From positions 64,683,377 through 64,747,376 of the forward strand of contig NC_068982.1 of assembly GCF_001194135.2 (NCBI RefSeq): a DNA stretch of 64,000 nucleotides, given 5' to 3'. Below, piece by piece: positions 13,422-24,334 of this stretch. Position numbers and translations under genes: made by a program. This DNA is from Octopus bimaculoides (lineage: Eukaryota). Each line of letters begins with the position of its first letter. The first letter of the stretch is position 1. The notes under the pieces are model-generated. The model made no database searches and was not told the origin of the DNA. It worked only from the letters and a program-made list of their open reading frames with translations.

Positions 13422-13985
13422 ACGAAGGCAACAAGCTGGCAGAATCATTAGCATGCTGGACAAAATGCTTAGAAGTATTTCGCCAGCCACTACATTCTGA
13501 GTTCAAATTCCACCGAGGTCAGCTTTGCCTTTCATCCTTTCGGGGGTTGATAAATTAAGTACCAGTGATGCACTGGGGTTGATGTAATCGAGTAGTCCCC
13601 TCCCACTCAATTTCAAGCCTTTTGCCTATTATAGAAAGGATTATTAAGATGAAGAGCTGGCAGAATTGTTAGTATGCCCGGCAAATTGCTTAGCAGCATT
13701 TCCTTCTATCTTTACATTGTGAGACCTTATGCCTATAGTAGAAAGGATTATTATTGTTATAGTTATTTAAGCAGTGAGCTGACAGAATAGTTAGCACGCC
13801 AGACAAAATGTTTTGCGGCATTTCGCCTGTCTTCACATTCTGAGTCCAAATGTTACTGAGATCAACTTGGCCTTTCTTCCTTTCAGGTCAATAAATTTAA
13901 TACCAGTCAAGTCCTGAGATCAATGTAATCAACTTACCTCCTCTCCCAAAACTGCTGGCCTTGTGCGAAAATTTAAAATCACTAT
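13422..13985 (+). mobile_element. Array of about 3 family B SINEs
   Basis: Repeated GCTGGCAGAAT..TTCTGAGTTCAAATT..CCTTTCATCC cores with ATT tails. Confidence 0.8.
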
Positions 13986-14220
13986 TATCATTATACATTA
14001 AATATACAATTCTGTCTGCTCTTCACTAGTTGACCTGTTTTCCTATATTTTCACTGGTTTTGGGCTTTTTACTATATTCACGCATCCATTTATTGAGTCA
14101 TGAGGTCATCATCATTATCATCATTATAATCATCATTATTATTCTTCAGTTTCTTTTTCATGTATGTGTGTGCACTTTTCATATATACATATATATGTAT
14201 GTGTGTGTATATATATATGC

Positions 14221-14264
<44 letters not shown>

Positions 14265-14352
14265 GTATGTATTATGTATGTATATATATATGTATGTGTG
14301 TGTGTGTATGTATATATATATGTATGTGTGTGTGTGTATGTANNNNNNNNNN

Positions 14353-14625
14353 GGACTTGCGGTCAGAGGATCGCGGTTTCGATTCCCAGACCGGGCGTTG
14401 TGTGTGTTTATTGAGTGAAAACACCTAAAGCCCCACAAGGCTCCGGCAGGGGGGGGGGTGACCCCTGTTGTACTCTTTCGCCCCAACTTTCTATCACTCT
14501 TTCTTCCTCTTTTTTGAGTAACGCTGCGATAGACTGGCGTCCCATCCAGCTGGGGGGAACACATACGCCATAGAAACCGGGCCAATGGGCCTGGCTAGCT
14601 TTTAAAAGGGCGCATAAATAAATAA
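14353..14625 (+). mobile_element. SINE with family D head and a different, V-domain-like 3' half
   Basis: Head and middle match family D. The 3' half GCGATAGACTGGCGTCCCATCCAG..AAAAGGGCGCATAAATAAATAA differs from all other D copies here. Confidence 0.65.
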
Positions 14626-14665
14626 GAATAAATATATATATATATATATACTAAACGCCCTGATA

Positions 14666-14777
14666 CTGCAGTCAAAGCACATAATTGTATACATACATGC
14701 TGACAGGGATCGTAATTACCCGAAAAGTAGCAATTCCTGTCAGCATGTATGTATACAATTATGTGCTTTGACTGCAG
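14666..14777. repeat. Perfect 42-bp inverted repeat with 28-nt spacer
   Basis: 14666-14707 (CTGCAGTCAAAGCACATAATTGTATACATACATGCTGACAGG) is the exact reverse complement of 14736-14777. Confidence 0.95.
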
Positions 14778-14824
14778 CATTAGACCATTTAGCTCTTATT
14801 TCTAGCAATGTAGGTGTTTTACAT

Positions 14825-16513
14825 CATTACAAGCGCAAAGGAAACCGTCAGGCCTGCAATAACCATCGGGGGATATCCCTGTTATGCATTGCGGGCAAGG
14901 TACTGGCCAGAGTACTGCTAAACAGGCTCATAGTTCATCTGGAAAAAGACCTCTTACCAGAGAGCCAATGTGGATTCCGCAAGGATTGCAGTACTATTGA
15001 TATGGTGTTTGCTGCCAGGCAGCTCCAAGAAAAGTGCCAAGAACAAAATGTGGATCTATACTCCACTTATGTTGATCTGACCAAAGCCTTTGACACTGTA
15101 AGCAGAGAAGGCCTCTGGAGAATCATGGCAAGGTATGGGTGTCCTAGAAAATTCATCACCATCACACGCCAATTTCATGATGGAATGTTGGCTAGAGTAC
15201 AAGATAGTGGGGAGACCTCTGACCCTTTTGAAGTCACAAATGGGGTGAAACAGGGGTGTGTTTTGGCTCCTACCCTGTTCAGCCTCATGTTCTCTGCAAT
15301 GCTGACAGACGCCTTCGGAGACGCTGATGTGGGCATTAGAATCAGGTACAGATTTGATGGATCAGTTTTCAACCTCAGGAGGCTACAAGCAAAATCCAAA
15401 GTTACAACAGACACTATCAATGACTTTCTGTTTGCTGATGGCTGTGACCTAAACGCTACCTCTAGCACAGACATGCAATGCAGTGCAGACATATTCTCGG
15501 AAGCCTGTGACAACTTTCGTCTCACAGTCAGTACCAAGAAGACCGAGGTGATGCACCAACCCGCTCCAGGAAAACCATATGTAGGACCCAACATTTCCAT
15601 CAACGGGCAAAGACTCAATGCGGTTGACAAATTCACCTACCTTGACAGTACGCTTTCTCGCAATGTAGTCATTGACGATGAGATCAACACCAGACCCGCC
15701 AAAGCAAGTGCTGCCTTCAGCAAACTCCACAAGAATGTATGGGACAGAAGAGGCATCACCTCCATGACAAAGATCAAGGTCTACAAAGCTCTCATACTCA
15801 CCACCCAACTCTATGGATGTGAGTCGTGGACCGTCTACCAACACCACGCCAAAAAACTAAATCACTTCCACACCACCAGGCTGAGGAAACTACTTGGCAT
15901 AAGCTGGCAGGAAAGGATACCAGTCACAGAAGTCCTCACTCGTGCCGGGCTCCTAAGCATCCCTACCATCCTGATGAAAACACAGCTTNNNNNNNNNNGG
16001 AAAGGATACCAGTCACAGAAGTCCTCACTCGTGCCGGGCTCCTAAGCATCCCTACCATCCTGATGAAAACACAGCTTCACTGGGCTGGTCATGTAGCCCG
16101 CATGCCAGACTACAGAATACCTAAGAAGCTTCTATTTGGTGAGCTTCAGCACGGCAAGTGCTCCCATGGCAGCCAGAGAAAACGGTTTAAAGACAGTCTA
16201 AAAGTATCACTGAAGGCCTTCAACATTGACCCGTCATCATGGGAGCAGACAGGTTTAGATAGGACTAAGTGGCGGGCCGCTGTTCACAACGGTGCCCACC
16301 AATATGAAAGTGACAGGAAAGCTGCTGCAGAGAAGCACAGGCAGAACAGAAAGAACAATGCTTTGAAGCCCCTGGCACCTGCTACCATTCCCTGTCCCTA
16401 CTGCAGCAGATCTTTCCAAGCGCAGATTGGGCTTATCACTCATCTCCCCACCCCCCCTCTTGGATGATCAGATGGTCCTTGTCGTTCCGACGGACGAACA
16501 ACATACACAACAT
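14825..16513 (+). mobile_element. 5'-truncated RTE-clade (BovB-like) LINE with near-intact reverse transcriptase ORF
   Basis: YKRKGNRQACNNHRGISLL, QCGFR, YVDLTKAFDTV, GVKQGCVLAP, FLFADG (normally FADD), YGCESW, HWAGHVARM and C-terminal CPYC..H. Stop at 16467, then 3' tail GTCGTTCCGACGGACGAACAAC. 5' boundary approximate. Confidence 0.95.
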
Positions 16514-16516
16514 GTA

Positions 16517-17787
16517 TGGGGGTTGGAGAAAATAATGGAAACACCTTAAAATTTCAAACAAATTTATTTTAATATGGGGTTAAGACTACCTTTGGCAGTA
16601 ATTACAGTTTGAATTCTATGCGCTATGAACTTGTACAAAGTTTGAATTGTTTTCAAAGGAACTTTTTCCATTCTTCAGCTAAAACAGTCTCCAGTTCTTG
16701 TAGTGATGATGGTCAAGGATATCAACTCCTTATTTTTCTAAAATGCACCATACATGTTCAATAATATTGAGATCTGGGGACTGTGGTGGCCAGATAAGAT
16801 GTTCAACTTCACTAGAATGTTTCTCATGCCATTTAGTAACAACTTTAGCTGTGCAAATTGGTACATTATCATCCTGAGAGATTGCGTTTTCCTCCAGAAA
16901 CAGTTCTGCGACCATAGGATGAATTTGATCAGATAAAATGCTTAAATAGTCTTGACTATTAATTCTGCCATAAAGGGAAACCATTGGGCCAGTGGATTTC
17001 CAAGATATAGCCCCCCAGATCATTACAGATCCTTCTCCATATTTAACAGTTGGAAGAAGGCAGTCTGGATCAAATGCTTCTTTTGGCTGTCTCCACACGC
17101 ATACTCAGCCAGTGGTCAGAAATAATGTAATGGATGACTTGTCTGAGAAAATAACATTCTTCCACTGTTCTAGGCACCAATTCTGTGGGTTTTTACTCCA
17201 CTCTAAACGCTTTGCAACGTTTGTTTTTGAAAATAGTGGTTTTCTGACTGCAGCCCTCCCATGAAATCCAGCTTTGTGCAGCTCCTGGCATACAGTTTTT
17301 TGTGGAAACTGGGTTCTTGAGGTGGTCATTAAGCTCTACAGTAATTTTGGGAGCTGTACTTTTGTGATCCTTTCTAACAATTCATGTAAGAGTCTGATGG
17401 TCCCTATCTGAAAGTTTTGGTTTTCTTCTGGAGTTTTGTTTTGACAAGGAGGTTTTTCCCTCTTTCTCAAAGGCTGTCATTACTTTCAAGACAGTATTTC
17501 TTGATACACCTAACATTTTGTCTGTTTTCATTATGCTAGCACCTGCCATACGAGCACCAACAATTTGACCTCTTTGAAAGTCTGATAGATCTGTCAATTT
17601 AATTAATTTTAATTACTTTTTTCTGATGATATCTGAAGAGAAACATCAATTTTAGCAAAAATATATTAAGCAACACTAATAATAAATCAAAAAACATAAA
17701 AATGAACAAGCTTTTGACAGTTTTATAGATATTTTAAAATTGTGATGCTATGATGCTAGGTGTTTCCATTATGTTGTCCAACCCCTG
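16517..17787 (-). mobile_element. Tc1 (DD34E-type) DNA transposon with frameshifted transposase
   Basis: About 30-bp TIRs (GGGGTTGGAGAAAATAATGGAAACACCT / AGGTGTTTCCATTATGTTGTCCAACCCC) with TA on both sides. Minus-strand fragments MTDLSDFQRGQIVGAR, QWKNVIFSDKS, QDDNVP and WPPQSPDLNIIEHVW. Confidence 0.92.
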
Positions 17788-17791
17788 TATA

Positions 17792-18657
17792 TAGGGTGGG
17801 TAAAAAGTAAGTAGGCATTAAAAATTGGTAATAAAATCCATATTCCTTTTACAAATCTATTGAAAGAAATAATATATGTTCTTTATTACATGGGAAAAAT
17901 GAAACTAAATCTTCATATTTCAATGTATGCACCATTGGCATCAACAAGTTTCCTCAAACAGCCAGATATGGAATGAAGAACCTTCTGAAGGGCATCATCT
18001 GGTATATTTTTGAGAACCTCCTGAATTCGCGTCTCCAAGCCCTCCAGTGTATGAGGTTTTGTCTTGTACACTTCCTCTTTTGTGTAACCCCACAGGTAAA
18101 AATTACATGAAGTGGGGTCTGAACTTCTTGGAATTTTGGCTTCTGCAGTCACTGTCTTCAGGTTTTAGCTCCTGCATGTAATGGAATTTCCACAGACTAA
18201 AATTTTATTTTTTATGCAACACCATATGTATTGTGTGTCTTGTTAGTTCCATTTTCATGAGCTGCTTGAGGTGTTGACTTTTATGGGCTGCAATTAAACA
18301 TTTCCTGCACTGTTGCCGTGTCCTCCGCTGATCAAGATGTGGTTGGATAGCCACATCTTCTTGCATCATTCACGGAGCCCATGGTCATCAGTTTTGCATG
18401 ACAACTTTTTATTGTCTCCAGATGCTTACCTTTCCATGTATGCCACCATCTCTCAACCAAAACAATGGAATTCCACACTTCATAGCATGCTGCTATCTTA
18501 GCTCGCTCCTGAACAGTCAAGCGACCAGCCATCTGGAAAATAAGAAAAGAAATCCCCATTAGTGTTGTCTGTTTAAAGAATGTTTTCGTCATGACTTCAG
18601 TGATACTAAAAATTCTATTAGCAATTTCTAATGCCTAGTAGCTTTCCACATACCCTG
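17792..18657 (-). mobile_element. Internally deleted mariner-like element
   Basis: Imperfect TIRs of about 48 bp (..AGGGT..AAAG..TAGGCATTA.AAATTG.TAATA.AAT). N-terminal HTH MAGRLTVQERAKIAACYEVWNS..GSVNDARR and C-terminal SSDPTSCNFYLWGYTKEEVYKTKP; the catalytic middle is absent. Confidence 0.8.
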
Positions 18658-18930
18658 TGTATATATATATATATATAAATATACAAAGAGAGAGAAAGAT
18701 AGGTATACACACATATAACAAGCTTCCACACAGTTTCCATGTACCAATTTACTCACAAGGTACTGGTCAGATCAAAACTTTAGAAGACACCTGTCCAAGA
18801 TGTCACTCAGCAGGACTATAACCAAAACTATGTGCTTGCAAAACCAGCTTCTTTAACTAGCATTTATACAGGGAAGTTTTGTCTGTACTTTGGGAATTAT
18901 AATGCTGACAGTCTTTCTTTTTTACTTTAG

Positions 18931-19029
18931 GGTGGAACTGGAGCATTGATTAATAAACTTGTGGAAAATTTCAAGAACAACAACAACAATGTGCTTGAAT
19001 TGAAATGTGCTGTAACCAAAATTGAACAG
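18931..19029 (+). CDS. MAO-like: MAO-like exon
   Basis: ctttag|GGT ... CAG|gtttgt. GGTGALINKLVENFKNNNNNVLELKCAVTKIEQ resembles MAO [29 protein letters not shown]. Contains an (AAC)n-encoded poly-Asn at 18976-18990. Phase 0 to 0. Confidence 0.9.
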
Positions 19030-19444
19030 GTTTGTTACCTTCATCTTCACTACTGTGTCTTACTGTTATAATTACTATTTCAATATCATCAATTTATCGA
19101 TATCATCAGTGTTATTGCTATTGTTTGTAACCTATTGTTATCTGTTGTTGCTGTTTATCAGTTATAATTTCATTTTAATGTTAAGGTTCACAGTTCATGG
19201 CTTCTGTCTCTTCTAGTGCATGTAGCTATGTAGAACTTTGAAATAACCCAGTGGATAAAATATTGAACTCTCTGTACATATGTCATAAGTTCAAATCTTT
19301 GTCTGATGGAATAGGTACCATATATCATCTGGGACTGTTACACGTGATATTTCAATCTCCTCTGCATAAAGAGAGTTATCTCCCATTCTCTTGATGTTGG
19401 ATCCAAGTACTGGCTCTTGAAAATAAAGAGCTAGTACTTAGTTG

Positions 19445-20334
19445 GGATCTTTATGATTTGACGGGCAACATTTTTTTATGTAGTGTTTCTGGTACCGAAA
19501 CACTTTCAAACTTCGAATACTTGTATATTTTGTGGTATAGAACAGATAAAAATTTTTGTATTCAAAGTTATTTCACGTTAAGAATTGTCTTATTTCGATA
19601 ATTTCAACTAATCACTGACGTCTATTCAGTTGAATACAGTTAGTGCTGTGACGGTGTATATGGTATTAATCTCCGTTAGTTCTGACATTTCCGATTAACT
19701 AGACTGTTCGTAAACAAAGGGGAAAAAGCCATCAAAATACTTGAATATTGCCTGCACTTGTTATTGGAGCTGGCAGAATTATTAATGCACNNNNNNNNNN
19801 NNNNNNNNNNNNNNNNNNNNNNNNNNNNNNNNNNNNNNNNNNNNNNNNNNNNNNNNNNNNNNNNNNNNNNNNNNNNNNNNNNNNNNNNNNNNNNNNNNNN
19901 NNNNNNNNNNNNNNNNNNNNNNNNNNNNNNNNNNNNNNNNNNAGGGTTAGGGTTATGGTTATGAGTTATAGGGTTTTAGGGTTAGGGTTAGGGTTATGAG
20001 TGAGGTTATGGCAAAAATAATCATAACCCTAACCGTCACCCTAAAACTAACCCTAAACCAGATGAAATATGTCACAGGGAATAGCATTTTTATGACCGGC
20101 CAAAATTTATTGTTTATAAAAAGAGCACTGACTGTATTCAGCTGAATGGACGTCAGTGATTGGTTGAAATTACAGAAATACGACAACTTTAACATGAAAT
20201 AACTTGCGATGTACAATTTTTTGTTAAGAAGGCTAAGAGAAAAAGTTGTTTTGTATGACACATTCTACCAGTGTCCCAAGTTTGAAAGTGTTTCGTTAAG
20301 AAAACAAGTGTTGCCCATCAAATCATAAAGATCC
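19445..20334. mobile_element. Non-autonomous DNA element (Merlin- or MULE-like) with about 205-bp TIRs and internal telomere-type repeats
   Basis: Ends GGATCT/AGATCC. Perfect 8-bp TSD CTTAGTTG at 19437-19444 and 20335-20342. TIRs about 19445-19647 and 20124-20334. Degenerate (TTAGGG)n then (CCCTAA)n at 19943-20058. Confidence 0.85.
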
Positions 20335-20488
20335 CTTAGTTGGTATGAGGCTCAAGGAAAATTACTTTTGCATTACATATAATTCTATATGGCAACCCAT
20401 ACAGAATTATGTCTGTAACCTTACATGTACACTGTCCTTAGATACCAAGACATATCAATAACTTTCCAATCATCCAAAAAAAAAGACA

Positions 20489-20620
20489 TGAACACAACTA
20501 TTCATAAACACAACTAGCCATAAACACAACCAACCATAATGACGAGCCATAAAAACAACCAGTCATAACCAAAAATAACCATAAATACAACCAGCCATAA
20601 ACACAATCATTCATAAACAC
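20489..20620. repeat. Degenerate minisatellite with a unit of about 17 bp (CATAAACACAACCAGC-like)
   Basis: Seven to eight visible imperfect tandem units. Confidence 0.75.
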
Positions 20621-21036
20621 CAAGATGTATCAATGACTTTCTTCGACAGCACATATATCATCCTGTAGTCACTGTCTTTCCTACATGATTGTAACAAACT
20701 CAAACATATGCTTAAAAAAATATCTGTTAGAATTGTCATTGCTCTTAAATACTTGCTTGGCTTCCTTCAGCCACAACATAAAATATCTACTCATAAAGTA
20801 TAAACGAAATGTATTTTTCCCCTTATAAATTCTAATAAGTTAAACAAAATGTTTATTAGATTCACTTTCCACAATTTCTTCCCTACAGCCATTGACTGCA
20901 ACCATTTTAAAGAAATGTTAATTGCACCAGCCTCACTGGTCTCAGAGGCCATGAACATGTCTTCTTCTAGGTCAAACTACTAAACAAAAAAAAAATTAAA
21001 AGAAAAAATCAGATTGTTGGATTGTCACCAAATACA

Positions 21037-21082
<46 letters not shown>

Positions 21083-21144
21083 ATACATACATATAAAGAA
21101 AATGAGATGACAAAGGAATAAACAATTATCTTATGAACTTCATT

Positions 21145-21225
21145 AGCTTACAGCTGTTTCTACTATAAGATGCGGTAGACAAACAGTTGAGTACTTGAGT
21201 AATGCCTTACAGCTTCATCAGAGCC
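21145..21225 (-). ncRNA. Penelope-type hammerhead ribozyme motif
   Basis: Minus strand reads GGCT CTGATGA A GCTGTAAG-(36 nt)-CTTATAGT A GAAAC AGCT GTA AGCT: both core boxes, palindromic stem III, and stems I and II. Confidence 0.65.
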
Positions 21226-21554
21226 TTGAATATGCAATTTATATNNNNNNNNNNNNNNNNNNNNNNNNNNNNNNNNNNNNNNNNNNNNNNNNNNNNNNNN
21301 NNNNNNNNNNNNNNNNNNNNNNNNNNNNNNNNNNNNNNNNNNNNNNNNNNNNNNNNNNNNNNNNNNNNNNNNNNNNNNNNNNNNNNNNNNNNNNNNNNNN
21401 NTATATATATATATATATATATATGTAGTGCATCCGAGACAAATCATCTTTTGTTCGTCTCTGTCCTCATCTAGAAACTCCCAGAAAATATAAATATGGT
21501 ATATAACTGAAGTGGAATGGCTCAGGCTAGCAGTAGTTTACTGCAACTCTGTCA

Positions 21555-22218
21555 CTGGCATTCCATCACTGATGATGACAAGGGATCCAGTTGATCTGAC
21601 CAACGGAACAGCCTGCTTGTGAAATTAACATGCAAGTAGCTGAACACACATACCCTTGATGTAGTTCTCGGGGAGATTCAGTGTGACTCAGAGTGTGACA
21701 AGGCTGGCCCTTTGAAATACAGATACAACTCATTTTTGCCAACTAAGTGGACTGGAGTAACAGGAAATAAAGTGTCTTGCTCAAGGACACAATGCACCAC
21801 CGGGAATTGAGATCACAACCTTACAATTATGAGCAAATTACCCTAACCACTAAGCCACATGCTTTCACACTATGACTCCAAGTAAAGACCCCTTTCAATC
21901 ATGAATAACCATGGGATTGCACCTAGGTTACTCTCCGAAGTACAAGTCCAGGCAAGGTTGTTTATGGAAGACTAGCCGTCGCCCATGCATACAAGCCACC
22001 CCACACCCCTCCATGCCACTGATGTTATCCAAGGGAAAGGAAAGGGCCAATACAGCTTGGTCCCAGTGACATCGCAACTCATTTCTACAGTTGAATGAAC
22101 TGGAGCAATGGGAAATAAAGCATCTTGCCCAAGAACACAACACACAGCCCAGTCCAAGAATCGAACTCACTACCTCATGATTGTGAGTCCAATGTTCTAA
22201 CCACTAAACCTTCACTCT
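21555..22218 (-). mobile_element. Adjacent SINEs of family E (about 21555-21870) and family F (about 21880-22218)
   Basis: Both have tRNA-like heads and the CTTG..CAAGA..CTTTATTTC..GCTCCAGT.CA.TCA.CTG segment, but different 3' halves. Confidence 0.7.
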
Positions 22219-23410
22219 ACACCACTTGCATTAAGAGAAGGAACAATTCCTTTCATCTTCTTTACTCTCTTCTAAAGTGACTTAGTAAGGTTTCTACAGT
22301 CAATGATCAGTTTGATTCAATAGTGGCCAGAAGTTGTGAATAGCTGATTTAGAAGGTATCAAACAGTCAGTCAAGATCTCAACAGTCTATACTCTGTTAT
22401 CATTGGTGTGTTGTATCCAGAGATAAGATACCTAACTACGAGTTGCCATTGTCTATGCAGCTATAAGTGGTTACCACAGAATGGATTAGTTCATTGTAGT
22501 AAGCAGTGGCAGAATTGGTGAGTATTTCATTGGTTATTAGCCAACAAAACACAGAATTTGGAGAAAGGTGAGGATTTTTTAATAGTTTCATCTGGAGGAA
22601 GAAGCTAGCCCCATGGCTTTTACTCACGCACACATATACATGCATGAGACCAGTAAGATTGATTATTGTCAGGGATTTTGCCTGAAGAAAAGTTATGCCC
22701 CACTGTACTTACCTTTATGTTACTCATTGATGGACACTCCTGGTTATGAAAAGTCATTTGAAAACAAACAGCCATTTGAAAACAAACAGATCATTTATAT
22801 TTAAAGAAGAGAGAAGAGAAAAAGCATGGATATGAAGACAATTCCAAAACACTACAGTTCTGAGTGTTAGTTAGAAAGGTTGAGAATATTTTCTCTGGAA
22901 ATAGTAGTGAAAGAAAACATGAATTAGAGAAGGTTCATTTTGATCTTGTATAAGATTTTAGTTAGGATCTATGTTCAAACAATCTATGTTCAAATGATGT
23001 TAAAATGTCTTTTAGTTGTTTAGCTCTGGTTTTGAAATAAAACCTAAGAAAGTTTATGTTCAACAGAAATCCTGCATCTGAACTTGTATTTTTTATAGAT
23101 TTTTGTAGCCCTGCTCAGTTGACTTTGCTAGTACTGGTACCTTGAAAAAGGTATTCAGCATTCTAGATATCTTTCCTAATGCTGATCACTTTACTCTGCA
23201 AATGAAGGGCAACCAGCTGTAGGAATCATGTCAGAGCAAACATTGGAGTACATCACACACCACCAGCTTGTCAGATCTTGTTAAACCATCCAGCCTGGGC
23301 CAGTATGGAAAACAGAGATTAAATAATGATAATAAATGAGGTTGGTGATAACGATGAAGACAAAAAAGGAAGTATTTCCTTTTGATCACCCTAACATCTG
23401 TCTTTTCCAG

Positions 23411-23516
23411 AATAATGATCAAGTTATCGTCTATGCTGAAAAGAAGGACAATGACAATAAAGAAGTAGTTTATAGATGCAAATACTGTATATTAGCAATT
23501 CCTCCTCATATGCTGG
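23411..23516 (+). CDS. MAO-like: MAO-like exon
   Basis: ttccag|AAT ... CTGG|gtgagt. NNDQVIVYAEKKDNDNKEVVYRCKYCILAIPPHML resembles MAO YEAKYVISAIPP. Phase 0 to 1. Confidence 0.92.
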
Positions 23517-24334
23517 GTGAGTTATTTTTATTTTTATTCATACTTCTTCATGTTTTATTTGTTTTCTTTCTCTTGGTTCAGATCATAAGAGATAATCTCA
23601 TAACCAACCAACTAAGACTGTAGAGATCAAATCAGGACTGTGAGGATAAATAATGGTGGAAATGGTACATAATACTCGGCTATCAATGAGTATCAGTGGC
23701 ACCTGGAAGTTACTCCTGCAACAGATTAACATTCTGTTCTAGGTGGAATCTTGTACTCACAATCTAAACATCTTTGAAATCCAGATAAGTTCCAGCCTCA
23801 TGAGCCAGTACACTTGAAACAGGCTAAATATATAGGGAAGTAATATATAGAAATATCTAGGCACAGGTATGGCTGTATGGTTAATAAGTTTGCTTTCCAA
23901 ACATGGTTTTAGTCTTGCTGCATGACACTGAAGGCAAGTGTCTTCTACCATAGCCCATACCCTATTAGCCTAACAAGGAAGATAGCTGGAAGAGCTACAA
24001 CAGATTTAGTCAGGATAGACTCAAGACAGATTCCATATCAATTTAATGACAATTGAAATGCCACATTGTTAACGAAAACATTCTAAACAAATGGAATACA
24101 GTAATGTTCTATCAACATGACTCCTGACATACTTATGTACTTTTATTCTTTATGGCACTTTTAATGTTCATTTTTGCTTAGATTTGTTTTTTTATTTTAT
24201 GTACTGTACATGTGCTTCTAGCTTTCATTGTTGTCTTTCTTTACTTGACTTACCTGCCAACTGTCTGTCCCTGCTTTTAAACTTTTCTGGAGAGTTGTAA
24301 TATACCCAAGCACTATATACAATAAACTCATTAT

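Noticed and set aside
14030-14428. ORFs rich in Y/I/C/V or poly-I/poly-N (also 39584-39839, 40374-40778, 48168-48512)
   Set aside because: These are translations of (TA)n, (TG)n and (ATT)n microsatellites with no protein signal.
19943-20058. Ancient telomere-telomere fusion site
   Set aside because: The arrays are short and lie inside a TIR pair with a perfect 8-bp TSD, so a transposon origin is more parsimonious.
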